IMG/VR virus record: IMGVR_UViG_3300026512_000002
Coordinates: 124,001-188,000 of that record
Length of the DNA stretch: 64,000 bases
Direction: 5' to 3' (one strand)
Shown here: piece by piece, positions 10,595 to 19,319 of the stretch
Layout of the letters: each line of letters starts with the position of its first letter
Position numbering within the stretch: the first letter of the stretch is position 1
Program-made: the position numbers and the translations under genes
Notes under the pieces: model-generated
Told to the model about the DNA's origin: nothing
Database searches by the model: none
The model's input: only the letters and a program-made list of their open reading frames with translations

Positions 10595-11221
10595 ATGATG
10601 TTAACTAAAGACGCTAATGTTGTTTTATCAGAGTTCAACAAATATTTTACAAAACCGATAAAGGTTGTTGTGAAAAAAAATAAATTGTTTAAAAAAATCA
10701 CAAAAGGGTTCATAGTATCTATAATGTCAACAATAAAAATTGATAGTGATAGAACTTTAGTGAACACCGCCACTGTTGTCCATGAAATACAACACTATAT
10801 GGATAGATGTATTTATAAGGATGGTATTTTCAAACATAGTTATTTAAAAAGTATATGGTGGTATTTTAAATATATGATGCCACAATCTTTAGTATTGTTA
10901 GTGTTTCTATCATTTATATCATGGTGGTTCATGTTAGCATTAATATTTTTAATACCAAATCCATATATATTTAAATTTAGAAAAAATGCTGAATTAAGAG
11001 GATATTATTGGACATGGTTGTTAGGTGACTTTAAATTAGACTACCGTGACATATTTTGTAGTATGAAATACTTAAAAATGGATGTTGATAATAGTAATAA
11101 ATATTATGAGGTAATATTTTCTGAAACAAAACGGTATATGAGTATAAATAAACATGATAATATGTATAATATATACATCATATTAAAAAATATTATTGAT
11201 CGTATCAACAACACATATTAA
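10595..11221 (+). CDS. Membrane-associated HExxH protein (possible metallopeptidase)
   Basis: VVHEIQHYMD, a hydrophobic hairpin (SLVLLVFLSFISWWFMLALIFLIP), then AELRGY. Confidence 0.55.
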   Translation: MMLTKDANVVLSEFNKYFTKPIKVVVKKNKLFKKITKGFIVSIMSTIKIDSDRTLVNTATVVHEIQHYMDRCIYKDGIFKHSYLKSIWWYFKYMMPQSLVLLVFLSFISWWFMLALIFLIPNPYIFKFRKNAELRGYYWTWLLGDFKLDYRDIFCSMKYLKMDVDNSNKYYEVIFSETKRYMSINKHDNMYNIYIILKNIIDRINNTY

Positions 11222-11281
11222 TATACTACTATACCCTTAAATTCATATTTTATAAACAATTAATTAATTAGAGGGCAATAT

Positions 11282-12013
11282 ATGGATAAAAAATATTTTA
11301 TTAAGAAAAATGGTAAATTCTTAGTCAATGTACCTGTTATGAAATTATATGTGCCGGAAACATATTTTAAAAATAATATGGCCATGGAACAGGGTAGTGA
11401 TTTTAAGATATATGGTATTTTTAAATTTTCTATTCATGATAAGATAAGTGATAATAAAGCAACCAAGTACCACTTATTAAAATACCCTACATTTATAACT
11501 GTTAATTATGACAGTATCGTTAAAGCTGATCTAGATTTGGGAAACGGTATTGTTGATAAATATAGAGTTATTATATTGACAGAAGGTATGGTTTTTCTAA
11601 AATCCGATAAACATATACAGTCTGTTAAAGATGTTAAGATGTTTTTAGATTTACTTAATTATGGTAGATTAAACATTTTGAAATATAGCGAGTTGATAAA
11701 ATTATTTCATTTATCAACTCAGTTAAATAAAATTGATTTAGGTGTGCCGTCAGTGGTGTTGGAAATGATGGTTGCTGAGTTATGTAGAGTATATAATAAA
11801 TACGATACAGTGTTCCGAACCATAGCTGGTAAACCTAATGTTAGTGACGATCTCTTTTCGATGATTACATTGAAAGATTTAGCACATTTTAGTAGCACAT
11901 TTACATCACTAGCATTTGAAGATATGAATAAAGGTATACTAATGTCTGTAAAAAGACAAAAATTTGGCGATTCTGATAAAGTATCACCAGTTGAAAAACT
12001 AATACATTTTTAA
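11282..12013 (+). CDS. RNA polymerase beta' extreme C-terminal fragment (probable virion RNAP)
   Basis: VPSVVLEMMVAELCR...STFTSLAFED...SPVEKL aligns with the beta' C-terminus (HiEviv..M...S..a..SFe) and with the tail of ORF 25684..27519; late-type promoter upstream. Confidence 0.7.
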   Translation: MDKKYFIKKNGKFLVNVPVMKLYVPETYFKNNMAMEQGSDFKIYGIFKFSIHDKISDNKATKYHLLKYPTFITVNYDSIVKADLDLGNGIVDKYRVIILTEGMVFLKSDKHIQSVKDVKMFLDLLNYGRLNILKYSELIKLFHLSTQLNKIDLGVPSVVLEMMVAELCRVYNKYDTVFRTIAGKPNVSDDLFSMITLKDLAHFSSTFTSLAFEDMNKGILMSVKRQKFGDSDKVSPVEKLIHF

Positions 12014-12032
12014 TTTTTTAAGAGGTTGCGTA

Positions 12033-15000
12033 ATGGCTAATTATCTACATCCAACAATAACATCGTTTATTATTGATAAGTCCGAAACATTCTTTGAGAA
12101 CAATAGCGATGATACCACTAAAATATTTGGGGTTATAACATCTGATAAAGGTGAAGCTAATGTTATTAAAACATTTTACAACAGTGCTGACATGCTTGCT
12201 GAGTATGGTGAACCAGATTATACTAAACATGGTTACGTTTATTATAATTTATTAGATGCTGTTAAGAACGGTGCAGCTGTCAGTGTTATGAGAGTTGTTC
12301 CAATTGATAATCCTGATAGACCAGAAGTGTTATCAGGTTCATATGCTAATACATTTTTAGATATCCAAACTAAGTTAACTGCTGCTGTTCCTATGAATTT
12401 AGCAACACCACTTACAAATGGTGTTGATCATATTTCTGTATTCACAGATGATGTTGATTATACAGATGAAACTAAAGTTAGTGCTATAGATGGCGCATCA
12501 GCACCTACGCAGTTTTTAACAGTAGATCATATTAGGCCTGGTTCAACAGTTTATTTTAATGAAAATGTTTTTTCTGCAGGCAGTATGGATGTCAAAACAA
12601 TGTTTTGGGCAACATCTACTGATTTTTCAGTTGTTGGTCTATCTGTTGGATCACCAATTGATGTGAAAGCATCTGATGGTACTTTAATTGGCACAGCTAC
12701 TATTTCTGCTCAAAGTGGTACTGGTGGTATAAATAAGTATTCATTATTGTTAGAATCAACTTCAAATATTACTACAACTGATCAGGTGTTATTAGAATCA
12801 GCTGGTAATGTTGTTGGCTACGCATCATCAATCAAACTTATTGCTAGAGTATACGGTGCTAGTGAAGCTACTGCTACATACGATCAGGATTTAAGTAGTG
12901 TTACTGCTGGTAATGCTGGTGAAGCTGTTATCTTAAGAGTTAATGGTACTGATATAAATGTAGATTTGTCTACAGTTACAGCTAATGATGCCAATAGTGT
13001 TAAAACTTTATTTGATAATGCTATTAATAGTACAACATTCGATGGTACATGTACCACTTCTTTAAATGGTTCTAATCAATTAGTTATTGACACTACATCT
13101 GTTACACAAGTTAGTACTATTGATTTAGTTGACAATTCAGTAGCACCAGCTGGTGCCGATGATGGTTTACATAAAATTAATAGTGTTGTATCAAATATTA
13201 TAGGATCTGCTATTGATAGTATGACATCCATAGATAATATTAAAAATGATAGTTTAGTTACATTAACTGGTGGTAACTCTGGTGTATTTAGAATATTTTC
13301 TGGTAAAGCTGTTAAGCTTGCTGAATTCTATATTGAAGAAGTTCAAAGCGGACCAGCATTAGCAGATGATACTATTACGGGAATAGATGTTAGAGTTGAT
13401 ACTATTGTTACTGCTAGTAGAGACATTGATACCGATGGTTTTAATATTGTTTCTTTTAAGAATACACCAATTAATGGCACATTATTATTCTTTGAATTTG
13501 AAGGAACACCTGAAAGAGTCGAAGTTAGACCAACAACCATTTCTAAAAGAACTGATAGTGTTGAAGAACTTAAATCATTTTTATTGAATCCTACATCAGA
13601 TCCACTTATTAATGAAACCGATGATGGTTTTAAGAGACATATCTTTTTTGGTATAAGCAAGGGTATGTCTAAAAATGATAATGTATATGGTTTTAGATTG
13701 ACTAACAATAGTCAATATGATGAAGATAGTGAAGGTTTTAGATTCTATAATATTGAAATTCTTGAAAAAATTGGTAGCAATGAATCTGTTATAGACGGAC
13801 CATTTATAACATCATTTGATCCAAACGCTACTGATATATATGGTGGCTCTGTTTGGATCGAAAGTACATTGAGTAGAGATACTGATAAATTATCACACTA
13901 TTTTAATAAATCTGCTTATGATAAATTGTTAGAAGATTTAGGTGAAGCATCTGTTAATGCTGGTGAAACATTTGATCCGGGTAATTTTGATTTCATATTC
14001 GGTGCTGAAAGAGTGTTAAGAAGTAGAAGTGTTGATGAAGCTAGATATATTCATATTACAGATGAAAAATTTGTTGGTGGTGAAACTAGTAAAGTTATAG
14101 GTGGTACAGCAATAGCTCCTAAATATACTGAAACATTATTCATCACAAGATCATTTAGTGTTTCTGATGGTATTTTATATGAATCAGTTAACGGTAGTGG
14201 TTACACTACATCAGGAAGTTCAGGAAGTTTAGATGGTTATGATGCATTCGGTAATGTTTTATCATCATCAGATTATTTAACATTGCGTTCTGGTTTATTA
14301 GTTGATGCTTTCAACGGTGTTATTAATCCAGATATTTTTGATAAAAAATCATACCCATTCGATATTATTATTGATGGTAAAGAATCAACAGCGGTTAAAT
14401 TAGCAATTAATGATTTTGTAAACAATTCTTTAAGAAGTGACTGTATTGCTATGTTAGATACTGGTGAAAATAATAGAAACTATAGCAGTGAAATAGCATA
14501 TCGTAAAAATGAACTTGCTACAATCAATAGTTTCTATACTGCTATATTTGGACAAGGTTATCGTGTTTATGATACTTATACTGATTCAGTAATGAACCAG
14601 AGTATTATTAACGGTATTTGTAATAAAATAGCTCAACATGATAAAAACAATGGTACACATATACCTATGGCAGGACCAAGAGGTGTTATTGATGGTTATA
14701 TGGAAGATACATTAACATATTCTCCAAATGAAAATCAAATGGAAGAACTATATAATTCTAGAGTAAACTATATAAGTAAATCATCTAGTACTAGTGGTAG
14801 GTTGATGTCACAAAATACCTCACAATACAAAAACAGTGCGTTAACAAACATTAGTGTTGTTAGAACATTGTTACAAATGAAAAGAATGGTTGATAAGTTA
14901 GCTGAAAATTATCAGTGGTCAACATATAATGTTATTGCTAGTAACTTTCAAACTGAACTTAGTACCAAATTGGGTATGTTTGTAACTAATGGTGCATGTG

Positions 15001-15128
15001 AATATGTGAAACCTACAATATATGCTAGTGAATATGATAGAAGAACTAAGAAAGCTAGAATCAGAATTAAATTAAAATTCTCTGATTTAATAGAAAGTTT
15101 TATCATTAACTGGGAAGTAACATTCTAG
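12033..15128 (+). CDS. Contractile tail sheath protein with a large internal insertion
   Basis: N-terminal YLHPTI, SDKGEAN, EYGEP and VMRVV; C-terminal RSDCIAMLD, MAGPRGVI, LYNSRVNYI and SALTNISVVRTL are typical sheath motifs. Confidence 0.9.
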   Translation: MANYLHPTITSFIIDKSETFFENNSDDTTKIFGVITSDKGEANVIKTFYNSADMLAEYGEPDYTKHGYVYYNLLDAVKNGAAVSVMRVVPIDNPDRPEVLSGSYANTFLDIQTKLTAAVPMNLATPLTNGVDHISVFTDDVDYTDETKVSAIDGASAPTQFLTVDHIRPGSTVYFNENVFSAGSMDVKTMFWATSTDFSVVGLSVGSPIDVKASDGTLIGTATISAQSGTGGINKYSLLLESTSNITTTDQVLLESAGNVVGYASSIKLIARVYGASEATATYDQDLSSVTAGNAGEAVILRVNGTDINVDLSTVTANDANSVKTLFDNAINSTTFDGTCTTSLNGSNQLVIDTTSVTQVSTIDLVDNSVAPAGADDGLHKINSVVSNIIGSAIDSMTSIDNIKNDSLVTLTGGNSGVFRIFSGKAVKLAEFYIEEVQSGPALADDTITGIDVRVDTIVTASRDIDTDGFNIVSFKNTPINGTLLFFEFEGTPERVEVRPTTISKRTDSVEELKSFLLNPTSDPLINETDDGFKRHIFFGISKGMSKNDNVYGFRLTNNSQYDEDSEGFRFYNIEILEKIGSNESVIDGPFITSFDPNATDIYGGSVWIESTLSRDTDKLSHYFNKSAYDKLLEDLGEASVNAGETFDPGNFDFIFGAERVLRSRSVDEARYIHITDEKFVGGETSKVIGGTAIAPKYTETLFITRSFSVSDGILYESVNGSGYTTSGSSGSLDGYDAFGNVLSSSDYLTLRSGLLVDAFNGVINPDIFDKKSYPFDIIIDGKESTAVKLAINDFVNNSLRSDCIAMLDTGENNRNYSSEIAYRKNELATINSFYTAIFGQGYRVYDTYTDSVMNQSIINGICNKIAQHDKNNGTHIPMAGPRGVIDGYMEDTLTYSPNENQMEELYNSRVNYISKSSSTSGRLMSQNTSQYKNSALTNISVVRTLLQMKRMVDKLAENYQWSTYNVIASNFQTELSTKLGMFVTNGACEYVKPTIYASEYDRRTKKARIRIKLKFSDLIESFIINWEVTF

Positions 15129-15144
15129 AGTATTTTTTCAATAT

Positions 15145-15170
15145 GGGGTCTTAAATAGACCCCTTTTTTT
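15145..15170 (+). terminator. Rho-independent terminator between sheath and tube
   Basis: GGGGTCT-taaat-AGACCCC followed by T7. Confidence 0.85.
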
Positions 15171-15182
15171 AGGAGTAGTATT

Positions 15183-16094
15183 ATGATTAAAGCAGGGAAT
15201 TATAAGCAAAGATATAATAAAGAAAAACTGCAGTTCATGTCACCGTTAACTATAGGTGCTATTAAAGGTATTTCAAATCCATTTGTGGGTGGTTATGCAT
15301 TTTTCTTATTCATTTATGTACCAGATCAAATTAGAGCATTAACATCAAACCTTATAGGTCCTGATGAAGACAGATTATCAGCAACTGTTGTTAGTCATGC
15401 TGATAGAGATTTTTTCGATTTATGTGAAAAGACAGTTAAAGAAGTTCAAGGTATTCAAGATTGGACACTTGAAGTAACACAATTTAATGGTGGTTTTACT
15501 GGTAAAAACCATGCTATACCTACTGTTATGACTGACAGTACCGAATCCATTTCATTAAAATTTCAAGAATTATCAGGTGGTGTATATGGTACACCTGTTC
15601 AACAATGGGCTACAGCTATCAGTGATCCTAAAACTGGTGTTTCAACATTACTTAAAAGAGACAGTGTTGCTGACTATAGTGTTGAAGCAATTTATATTGT
15701 GACATCACCAAACGTTGCATCACCATCTAGAAAAGGTAGAGCTGAATCTTTAGAAAAAGCATTTTTCTTTGACAGTATGTTTCCTAAAAATGTTCCGCTA
15801 TCACATTATAACTATACTGCTGGTAGTCATGACTTAACAGAATTGACATATGAGTTTAATGCTGAAATGCATGTTGGTGCAGCAATTGATAAAAGAGCCA
15901 TGGAAATTCTATCTAGTGATTTCTTTTATGAAAACTATATTGTTTCTGGTGAAAAATATATTGCTAACAGAGTTAATAATAATAAATCACAATTATTTGA
16001 TGCTGATAATGAAGCTTTCGATGTATGGGGCGATAATGCTCAAGATGGTAGTTTTATTATTCGTGACGATAGTGTTGGTGAATCTATAGAATAG
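15183..16094 (+). CDS. Tail tube protein
   Basis: Directly follows the sheath; ISLKFQE...VQQW...I.DP.TG, YIVTSP, MFPKNV and LTYEF pattern of myovirus tubes. Confidence 0.75.
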   Translation: MIKAGNYKQRYNKEKLQFMSPLTIGAIKGISNPFVGGYAFFLFIYVPDQIRALTSNLIGPDEDRLSATVVSHADRDFFDLCEKTVKEVQGIQDWTLEVTQFNGGFTGKNHAIPTVMTDSTESISLKFQELSGGVYGTPVQQWATAISDPKTGVSTLLKRDSVADYSVEAIYIVTSPNVASPSRKGRAESLEKAFFFDSMFPKNVPLSHYNYTAGSHDLTELTYEFNAEMHVGAAIDKRAMEILSSDFFYENYIVSGEKYIANRVNNNKSQLFDADNEAFDVWGDNAQDGSFIIRDDSVGESIE

Positions 16095-17529
16095 TTCTCA
16101 TAAATAAAAGTAATTCAAACATACCTTCATCTATATTCTTATTAAGTTCAAGATATTCTTTATTATCCATAACACTAGGTGTTATTTTAAACTCATTATA
16201 ATTAGGCAGTACCCAAAATTTATTATTCAAATAATTGGCTAAGTTCAATATAGGGTTTTTACGCTCCATTAATTTAGATTTAATAAAACTGTACTTTGTA
16301 TTAACCAAATCTTGATATATTTTAGTATTATTTAATCGTTCTATAAAAGTTTTTTTCACAATAGAACGTCTAGCTTCTATATCAACATCACTTATTAGAA
16401 CTTTATGTAAATACTTAAATCTTTTATGTTGGGATAATGATTTATATAACATACCTAACATAAGGATATAATCACCTTTATTAATATCATAATTGTATGT
16501 TTTTAAATAATTGCTATAAAATAATGTTACCAGAGTAATTTGGAACTGGGTTATAGTAACATATTTGTCAAGATATCTTAATTCCTCCTTAGTTATAAGC
16601 AAACCACTGTTTTTAAAATTTTTAAAAACTGCTTTTAATTTAGCAACTTTATGAATATCGTTTAATATTAATAAACCTTCATCTTTATGTTTTAGAGCAT
16701 TTTCAACTTTTTCATATGCAGTAACACCATCAGCATCCCTATTATATGATTTGCTAACAGAAAATTGGACATTAAAGTTTTCTCTAAACTTATATTCAAG
16801 TTGTTTTTTAATTGCAGCATGTAATAGTGGTATGGGTGATATTCTAACATCAATCTTGTATAGTATTAGTGTTAAAATTTTTTCATACACTTCTATTAAT
16901 ACAACATTTTGAGTACTATTAGTGTGCTTTAGATACTCCCACATATTAGTGTTGTTACCTTGACTCATCATGATTCTAGAATTGATAAATGCATATAGTT
17001 TAGGTATAATTAAATTATTATTAAACAACTCCATGATATGAACAAACATATTGTAGAAAACAGTGTTGTTTCCAGCAACATCATTGTTAGCAACATAGTC
17101 ACCTATAATAGGTATCGTTAACTTTATAACAAAACTGATTTTATGTAAATCTTGTATTTGTTGATTATTTATATATAGATCTTCATTTATAACATCTGAG
17201 CTTTCGTTATTAAAAGCAACTTCTGGTGATGGGTGATAATGCTCCCTAACATATAAATCGGCTATATCAACTATACCTTCGTTTAATATACGTTCTTTAA
17301 ACAATATTGAAAATTCTTCTTCTGGTAATTCCTTTAAAGTATAAAATTTTTTAAGAGCTATATACTTTTTAATTAAAAATGGATCTTTTTGAAAAGCATA
17401 TCTCATCGATTGCTTTATAAATGGCAACACTTTTATGAATCTTTTTTTCAAAATATCATAATCGTATTTTTCCCGTTCATTAACCTCTAATTGTACAATT
17501 CTATTTTCTGAATTAATTTTAACACCCAT
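16084..17529 (-). CDS. Probable sigma-like promoter-specificity subunit of the non-virion RNAP (AR9 gp226 / phiKZ gp68-like)
   Basis: About 480 aa and alpha-helical. IQDLHKISFVIKLTIPIIGDYV recalls the conserved L..lS...k...Pi.g.y block of this family. It lies three genes downstream of the chaperonin (AR9 gp226 and chaperonin gp228 are neighbours) and shares the TTGACA promoter class with the nvRNAP genes. Confidence 0.55.
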   Translation of the reverse strand: MGVKINSENRIVQLEVNEREKYDYDILKKRFIKVLPFIKQSMRYAFQKDPFLIKKYIALKKFYTLKELPEEEFSILFKERILNEGIVDIADLYVREHYHPSPEVAFNNESSDVINEDLYINNQQIQDLHKISFVIKLTIPIIGDYVANNDVAGNNTVFYNMFVHIMELFNNNLIIPKLYAFINSRIMMSQGNNTNMWEYLKHTNSTQNVVLIEVYEKILTLILYKIDVRISPIPLLHAAIKKQLEYKFRENFNVQFSVSKSYNRDADGVTAYEKVENALKHKDEGLLILNDIHKVAKLKAVFKNFKNSGLLITKEELRYLDKYVTITQFQITLVTLFYSNYLKTYNYDINKGDYILMLGMLYKSLSQHKRFKYLHKVLISDVDIEARRSIVKKTFIERLNNTKIYQDLVNTKYSFIKSKLMERKNPILNLANYLNNKFWVLPNYNEFKITPSVMDNKEYLELNKNIDEGMFELLLFMRTIL

Positions 17530-17542
17530 AATAACCTCCTAA

Positions 17543-18274
17543 TTATTTTCTACGTTTTTTTATTTTTGTAATTTTGACAGTTCGTTTCACCTTTTTTTTA
17601 CTTTTCTTAGTTTTTTTAGACTTATGTTTTTTGACACTTGTAAGTATTTCATCAAAAGTAGCTATTTTGCTTAAAAGTGCACTTTTACTATATTTGATTC
17701 TATATTTTTTAACATCAACACTTTGTTTAACATTTAAAAGATCCATATATCGTAAATATCGTATCGCATAATATATACTTTTTATAAAACCTAGTGAACT
17801 TAGTGGGTTTTTTATTTTTGGCGAATTTTCTTTAGTCTTTTTATTCAATTTACCATATAATTCAGTTGGGATCTTATCATTAACATATAATACATTAGCA
17901 TAAGTGTATATGAAATGAGGATCGTTGCTGAAAAATTTAGCAGGTTCTTTTATAGTACTACCATTATCACTAGGGTTAACATCTATTACTACATCATAGT
18001 GCATTTTATTAAAAGTTTCACTGGGTACTTTAACATGATATAAGTATCTGTTCGATGACTCGTCCCAGAATATTCTAGTGGTAAAATTACGTTCTTTTAG
18101 TAATTTAACAAATTTCATATCCAACATTTCAATCATCATACCCCTATTAGCAACCATTGCACTATATTTACCAGTGGGGTTTGTGATCATCCTATACATA
18201 GATAATTTTTCAGATTGTAATCTGTTGTCTATTTCTAGTTTTTCGTGAAGTATGGGTTTTTTAAAAGATACCAT
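17543..18274 (-). CDS. Conserved jumbo-phage hypothetical protein with a Lys-rich C-terminal tail
   Basis: KVPSE...YDVVID...KFFSNDPHF.YTYA.V block; highly basic tail. Confidence 0.55.
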   Translation of the reverse strand: MVSFKKPILHEKLEIDNRLQSEKLSMYRMITNPTGKYSAMVANRGMMIEMLDMKFVKLLKERNFTTRIFWDESSNRYLYHVKVPSETFNKMHYDVVIDVNPSDNGSTIKEPAKFFSNDPHFIYTYANVLYVNDKIPTELYGKLNKKTKENSPKIKNPLSSLGFIKSIYYAIRYLRYMDLLNVKQSVDVKKYRIKYSKSALLSKIATFDEILTSVKKHKSKKTKKSKKKVKRTVKITKIKKRRK

Positions 18275-18301
18275 ATGAAATCCTATACAATATTAGTGTG
18301 T

Positions 18302-18331
18302 ATTATAACGACTATGTGTATAAAATGTCAA
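18302..18331 (-). promoter_or_regulatory. Consensus sigma70/sigmaA-type promoter
   Basis: Minus strand TTGACA-N18-TATAAT upstream of 18274. Confidence 0.75.
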
Positions 18332-18607
18332 TCTTTTTTTTTAACACATATATTAGGGTAGTTGCAATGTTGTATATGTGTGTGAATTAAGCATATATTT
18401 AATCAACACGATTGTGATTCTAATATCGAAGTTACGATATTTATTAGGAAGGAATACAAGTATTATGTCAATAGTAACAAAAAAAAAGAAAAAGTGGATC
18501 GATTATTAAAGCAACCAACACCACTCATGTTTTCAAAATCATTATAAGATAGTGATTTTAAAGATATGATGTGGTGAAAATTATTCTAGATTTCATCACA
18601 TTTTTTA

Positions 18608-19225
18608 TCAATATGCGGTATCGAAAAATTCGGATATTAACATATCTGAACTTTTCAATGTTGCATAATTGGCATCATCAATACCTTTTCTCATTATATT
18701 GTGATTAATCCCAATTGAATTTACGCTAACGCCTTCTATTAGCATATCTATATATGTTTCTAGTGTCTCAATTTTTTCTTTTATAAATCTATCAATGCCT
18801 TGGTCAACATACATTTTATTAAAATATAATTTATATTTCAAAAAAGTTTCTCTAAAATGATGTGTTAAATTATCTTTAACTGAATCAATACTAACAACTC
18901 TGATTATACTAACACATTTATCTATAACACTCATGATATTCGCATCAATCCTGTGATTTGTTTTCACATGTGCTTTGACGAGATCTAGACCAATAACTAA
19001 TAATCCTAGAAAATTATAAACTATTCGACCATCAGGTGAACCATCATTTGTTAAAATATTGGAATCTTGTCTTTTTTTCATATAATCGTCAACTAATTTA
19101 AAAAATTTATCTCTTTCAGAAGCTAGGTTATATATAGTAGTTTTACCAATCCCTATGGTGGATGCTTCTAGCATATCTTCCACAATTAAAGATAATTTCA
19201 TATTCATAACTGTTGTTTTATCCAT
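18608..19225 (-). CDS. Hypothetical protein
   Basis: ORF with AGGA RBS; AACA-N6-TA at 19246-19257. Confidence 0.6.
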   Translation of the reverse strand: MDKTTVMNMKLSLIVEDMLEASTIGIGKTTIYNLASERDKFFKLVDDYMKKRQDSNILTNDGSPDGRIVYNFLGLLVIGLDLVKAHVKTNHRIDANIMSVIDKCVSIIRVVSIDSVKDNLTHHFRETFLKYKLYFNKMYVDQGIDRFIKEKIETLETYIDMLIEGVSVNSIGINHNIMRKGIDDANYATLKSSDMLISEFFDTAY

Positions 19226-19319
19226 AATTCATCCTATATATTGTTTATATTTTTGTTAACATATGTGTTATGATAGATGTGTTTAAATAATTTGTTTGAT
19301 TTGAATTTTTAATTAATAG

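Noticed and set aside
18355-18530. tmRNA-like gene (GGG start, internal short ORF, ACCA near the end)
   Set aside because: No T-arm (GTTCRA) or proper alanyl acceptor stem; kept only as a generic structured-RNA candidate.
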